Positions 61,144-64,000 of a stretch of DNA of 64,000 nucleotides are shown piece by piece. The translations under genes and the position numbers were made by a program. Each line of letters begins with the position of its first letter. Position 1 is the stretch's first letter. Source of the stretch: Breoghania corrubedonensis (GTDB lineage: Bacteria > Pseudomonadota > Alphaproteobacteria > Rhizobiales > Stappiaceae); contig NZ_QAYG01000001.1 of NCBI RefSeq assembly GCF_003053845.1, forward strand, positions 252,078 to 316,077, given 5' to 3'. Under the pieces are notes generated by a model. It was not told the DNA's origin and made no database searches. It saw only the letters and a program-made list of their open reading frames with translations.

Positions 61144-61761
61144 TCAGCGCTTCGCTTCCTTGGTGTCGAAGCCGACATAGACCTTCGTCGCACCTTCGAT
61201 CGGCACGCGAATATCGTCGATCACGCGCGACCAGCCGGCGGATCCGTCGGATTCGGCGAGCCCAACCTCGACCGGGATGAGCTGGGAGGCGAGAACCTTG
61301 TTGTCCGCACCGGTCACGGCGATGCGCACGGGCAGCACGACGGGGCCCTTTGTCGGCGCAGGACCGGCGACGACGCGGCCGGACACCCCGACCTTGATGG
61401 CCATCTCGCCATTGCCGACGCGATCGCACTCGCGCGCGTACTTGCGGATCGTGCCCTGGTACTTGAGCCCTTCCGGCTGGTCCTGCTTGCCGCGCTCGTA
61501 GACCGCCAGGATGTAGGTGTCGGCCCGAACCTCGATGGGCGGGCAGTAGCTCTGGGCGGCGAAGACGGAGGGATCGACATCCGGCCCGGTGGTGCCGCCA
61601 CCGGACACGAAGGTCTTGGTGAAGCTGTCGCCGCCACTGGGGCTGGCGGAGCTATCGGATCCACCGGTGAGCTTCGAGATGCTGCCGCACCCGGCCAGCG
61701 CCGCCACACAAAGCGCGCCCGTCAGCGCCGCCAGAAATCGTCCGGAGATCCTCAACCGCAT
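61144..61761 (-). CDS. Putative lipoprotein
   Basis: Signal peptide with lipobox LAGC ([27 protein letters not shown]). Confidence 0.6.
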   Translation of the reverse strand: MRLRISGRFLAALTGALCVAALAGCGSISKLTGGSDSSASPSGGDSFTKTFVSGGGTTGPDVDPSVFAAQSYCPPIEVRADTYILAVYERGKQDQPEGLKYQGTIRKYARECDRVGNGEMAIKVGVSGRVVAGPAPTKGPVVLPVRIAVTGADNKVLASQLIPVEVGLAESDGSAGWSRVIDDIRVPIEGATKVYVGFDTKEAKR

Positions 61762-62010
61762 CGTACCACTCGTCGAAAGAACCATGACGTAAGCCGGGCC
61801 CGGAATTGGAAACCGCGCCCGTTCAAGCCTGCCTCTATATCAGGGGAACAAGACTTTGGCGACAGCCGGGCAACGCATGCACAAAGGATCGACTTGCACG
61901 GGCTTTTCCGTGTCCGGCCCACGTCCGGACACGCACAGGGATCGCCAAGCCTTGACAGAGTGGGGGGACGTTCCTCTATTGCCTTTCAAGAAACCCGCGA
62001 GGAACCTTCG

Positions 62011-62985
62011 ATGGTCGATCAAGCCGCTGCCAAGCCGAAGCTGACGGTGCTGTTGTGCGCTCCGCGCGGCTTTTGCGCCGGCGTCGACAGGGCTATCCAG
62101 ATCGTGGAACTGGCGCTGGAGAAATACGGCCCGCCCGTCTACGTGCGTCACGAAATCGTGCACAACAAGTTCGTGGTGGAAAGCCTGCGCGCCAAGGGCG
62201 CGGTCTTCGTGGAGGAACTCGACGAGATCCCTGAAGGCGACCGACCGGTGATCTTCTCCGCCCACGGCGTGCCGAAATCGGTGCCGGCGGACGCGAGCGC
62301 GCGCAACATGTTCTTTCTCGATGCGACATGCCCGCTCGTTTCCAAGGTCCACAAGGAAGCCCAGCTTCATCACAAGCGCGGCCATGACATCGTGCTGATC
62401 GGTCACGCCGGCCATCCGGAGGTGATCGGCACGATGGGCCAGTTGCCCGAAGGCACCGTGAGCCTGATCGAGACGGAAGAGGACGCGCGCGCCTTCCAGC
62501 CGAAGGATCCCGACAATCTCGCCTGGATCACCCAGACGACGCTGTCGATCGACGACACAAGCGCCATTGTCGCGATCCTCAAGGAACGCTTCCCCTCCAT
62601 CCTCGCCCCGCACAAGGACGACATCTGCTACGCCACGACTAACCGCCAGGAAGCGGTGAAGGAAGTGGCGCCGCGCGCCGATGCGATGATCGTGGTCGGG
62701 GCGCCGAATTCGTCGAATTCGCAGCGTCTGCGGGAAGTCGCGGAGCGCGCAGGTTGTCCCCATTCGGCCCTCGTCCAGCGTGCCAGCGAAATCGACTGGC
62801 AGGATTTCGAGGGCATTTCCACACTGGCCGTAACCGCAGGCGCCTCCGCGCCGGAGGTGCTGGTGGAGGAAATCATCGAGGCCTTCGCCAACCGCTTCGA
62901 CGTCACCGTGGAGGTGGTGCGCACGGCGGAGGAGACGATCGCCTTCAACCTTCCCCGCGAACTCCGCGCCACCGCCGCCGAGTGA
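62011..62985 (+). CDS. ispH: 4-hydroxy-3-methylbut-2-enyl diphosphate reductase
   Basis: IspH similarity with conserved Cys ligands. GAGGAA Shine-Dalgarno before the ATG at 62011. Confidence 0.9.
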   Translation: MVDQAAAKPKLTVLLCAPRGFCAGVDRAIQIVELALEKYGPPVYVRHEIVHNKFVVESLRAKGAVFVEELDEIPEGDRPVIFSAHGVPKSVPADASARNMFFLDATCPLVSKVHKEAQLHHKRGHDIVLIGHAGHPEVIGTMGQLPEGTVSLIETEEDARAFQPKDPDNLAWITQTTLSIDDTSAIVAILKERFPSILAPHKDDICYATTNRQEAVKEVAPRADAMIVVGAPNSSNSQRLREVAERAGCPHSALVQRASEIDWQDFEGISTLAVTAGASAPEVLVEEIIEAFANRFDVTVEVVRTAEETIAFNLPRELRATAAE

Positions 62986-62994
62986 TAAAAATCC

Positions 62995-63975
62995 ATGGCC
63001 GTCTATACGGACGTTACCGACGAGGAGCTTCACGCCTTCGTCGCCCAATACGACATCGGTTCCGTTCTCGCCTTCAAGGGCATTGCCGAGGGGGTGGAGA
63101 ATTCCAACTTCCTGCTGCATACGGAAGCTGGCTACTTCATCCTGACGCTCTATGAGAAGCGGGTGAACCCGGCGGAGCTGCCGTATTTCATCGGGTTGAT
63201 GGAACATCTGGCGGCAGCCGGCATCTCCTGCCCGACACCGCTCGCCAATCTCGACAGCGAGACGCTGGGAACGCTTGCGGGAAAGCCCGCGGCGATCTGT
63301 ACGTTTTTGAACGGCATGTCGGTGCGCCGCGCCAAGGCGGTGCATTGCCAGGGGCTCGGCAACGCGATGGCGGAAATGCATCTGGCAGGTGCCGATTTCA
63401 CCATGCACCGCAAGAACGCGCTGACAGTCGACGGCTGGCGACCATTGTTCGACCTTTCGCAGGATCGCGCCGACGAGGTCTGCCACGGGCTGGCGGCGGA
63501 GATCGAACGCGAACTCACGGTGCTGGAGGAACGTTGGCCGCGCGATCTGCCGGTCGGCGAAATCCACGCGGACCTGTTCACCGACAACGTGTTCTTCCTT
63601 GGCGAGGAACTGTCCGGCATCATTGATTTCTATTTCGCCTGCACCGACGCCTTCGCCTACGACGTGGCGATCTGCCTGAACGCCTGGTGCTTCGAGGCCG
63701 ACGACTCGTTCAACGTCACGAAGGCGCGTGCGCTGCTCAAGGGATATTCCAGCGTTCGCCCGTTCACGGCGGCCGAATTCGAAGCCCTGCCCCTCCTGGC
63801 GCGCGGCTCCGCCCTGCGCTTTCTTCTCACCCGCCTCTATGACTGGCTGAGCGTGCCCGAAGGGGCGCTCGTCACCCCGAAGGATCCGATGGAATACCTG
63901 AAAAAGCTGCGTTTCCACCGCCACGTGACGAGCGCGCGCGACTATGGCCTCGCTCTGGGAGACGTCGTGGCATGA
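62995..63975 (+). CDS. thrB: Homoserine kinase (ThrB2, APH-fold type)
   Basis: Protein-kinase-like fold homoserine kinase family ([11 protein letters not shown] motif). Confidence 0.85.
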   Translation: MAVYTDVTDEELHAFVAQYDIGSVLAFKGIAEGVENSNFLLHTEAGYFILTLYEKRVNPAELPYFIGLMEHLAAAGISCPTPLANLDSETLGTLAGKPAAICTFLNGMSVRRAKAVHCQGLGNAMAEMHLAGADFTMHRKNALTVDGWRPLFDLSQDRADEVCHGLAAEIERELTVLEERWPRDLPVGEIHADLFTDNVFFLGEELSGIIDFYFACTDAFAYDVAICLNAWCFEADDSFNVTKARALLKGYSSVRPFTAAEFEALPLLARGSALRFLLTRLYDWLSVPEGALVTPKDPMEYLKKLRFHRHVTSARDYGLALGDVVA

Positions 63976-64000
63976 GCGATCGGGTACAGATCTATACCGA
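63972..64000 (+). CDS. Probable ribonuclease H (rnhA), 5' end only
   Basis: ATG overlaps the thrB stop (ATGA). The encoded MSDRVQIYT fits an RNase HI N-terminus. Only 9 codons lie within the window. Confidence 0.3.

Noticed and set aside
60517-62010. N-terminal 500 aa of the 822 aa plus-strand ORF ending at 62985
   Set aside because: Only the last 325 aa (from ATG 62011 with a Shine-Dalgarno) are IspH. The upstream part runs antisense through the glycine riboswitch and the lipoprotein gene and is Arg/Pro-rich.
61840-63924. 694 aa minus-strand ORF antisense to ispH and thrB
   Set aside because: Shadow ORF. Both plus-strand genes are clear.

Overview
This 64 kb window is high-GC (about 63-65%) and almost entirely chromosomal core DNA of an alphaproteobacterium, most likely Rhizobiales/Hyphomicrobiales-like. 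Lineage hints are CcrM, BA14K, a TIGR02301-like protein, DciA/DUF721, and an F0 atpI-B-E-F'-F operon separate from F1. Coding density is high and about 60 genes can be supported. They include the nadA-nadB-nadC operon with NadQ-type operators, a split glyQ / glyS pair, and an LemA-DUF2207 pair. They also include two c-di-GMP enzymes, the maeB-type malic enzyme, ETF-QO, the F0 ATP synthase operon, and smc. A dsbA-DciA-mutY block, AMP nucleosidase, tag, ccrM, the gcvT-gcvH-gcvPA-gcvPB operon behind a tandem glycine riboswitch, ispH and thrB are also present. Many long ORFs in the supplied track are GC-rich shadow frames antisense to real genes and were rejected. No CRISPR array, integrase, transposase or prophage was found. 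The most unusual features are a tRNA-Gln-like gene whose acceptor stem does not pair, sitting beside an orphan T-arm fragment, about 450 bp of non-coding DNA and a non-membrane SPFH protein. The second is a 5.5 kb signalling module (YrbL-like kinase-fold protein, LemA-DUF2207, GGDEF-EAL) that splits glyQ from glyS and is bounded by AT-rich spacers carrying perfect palindromes. Several other intergenic regions contain palindromic candidate operators. I did not see a clear-cut multi-gene system of a new kind. Findings are graded accordingly.
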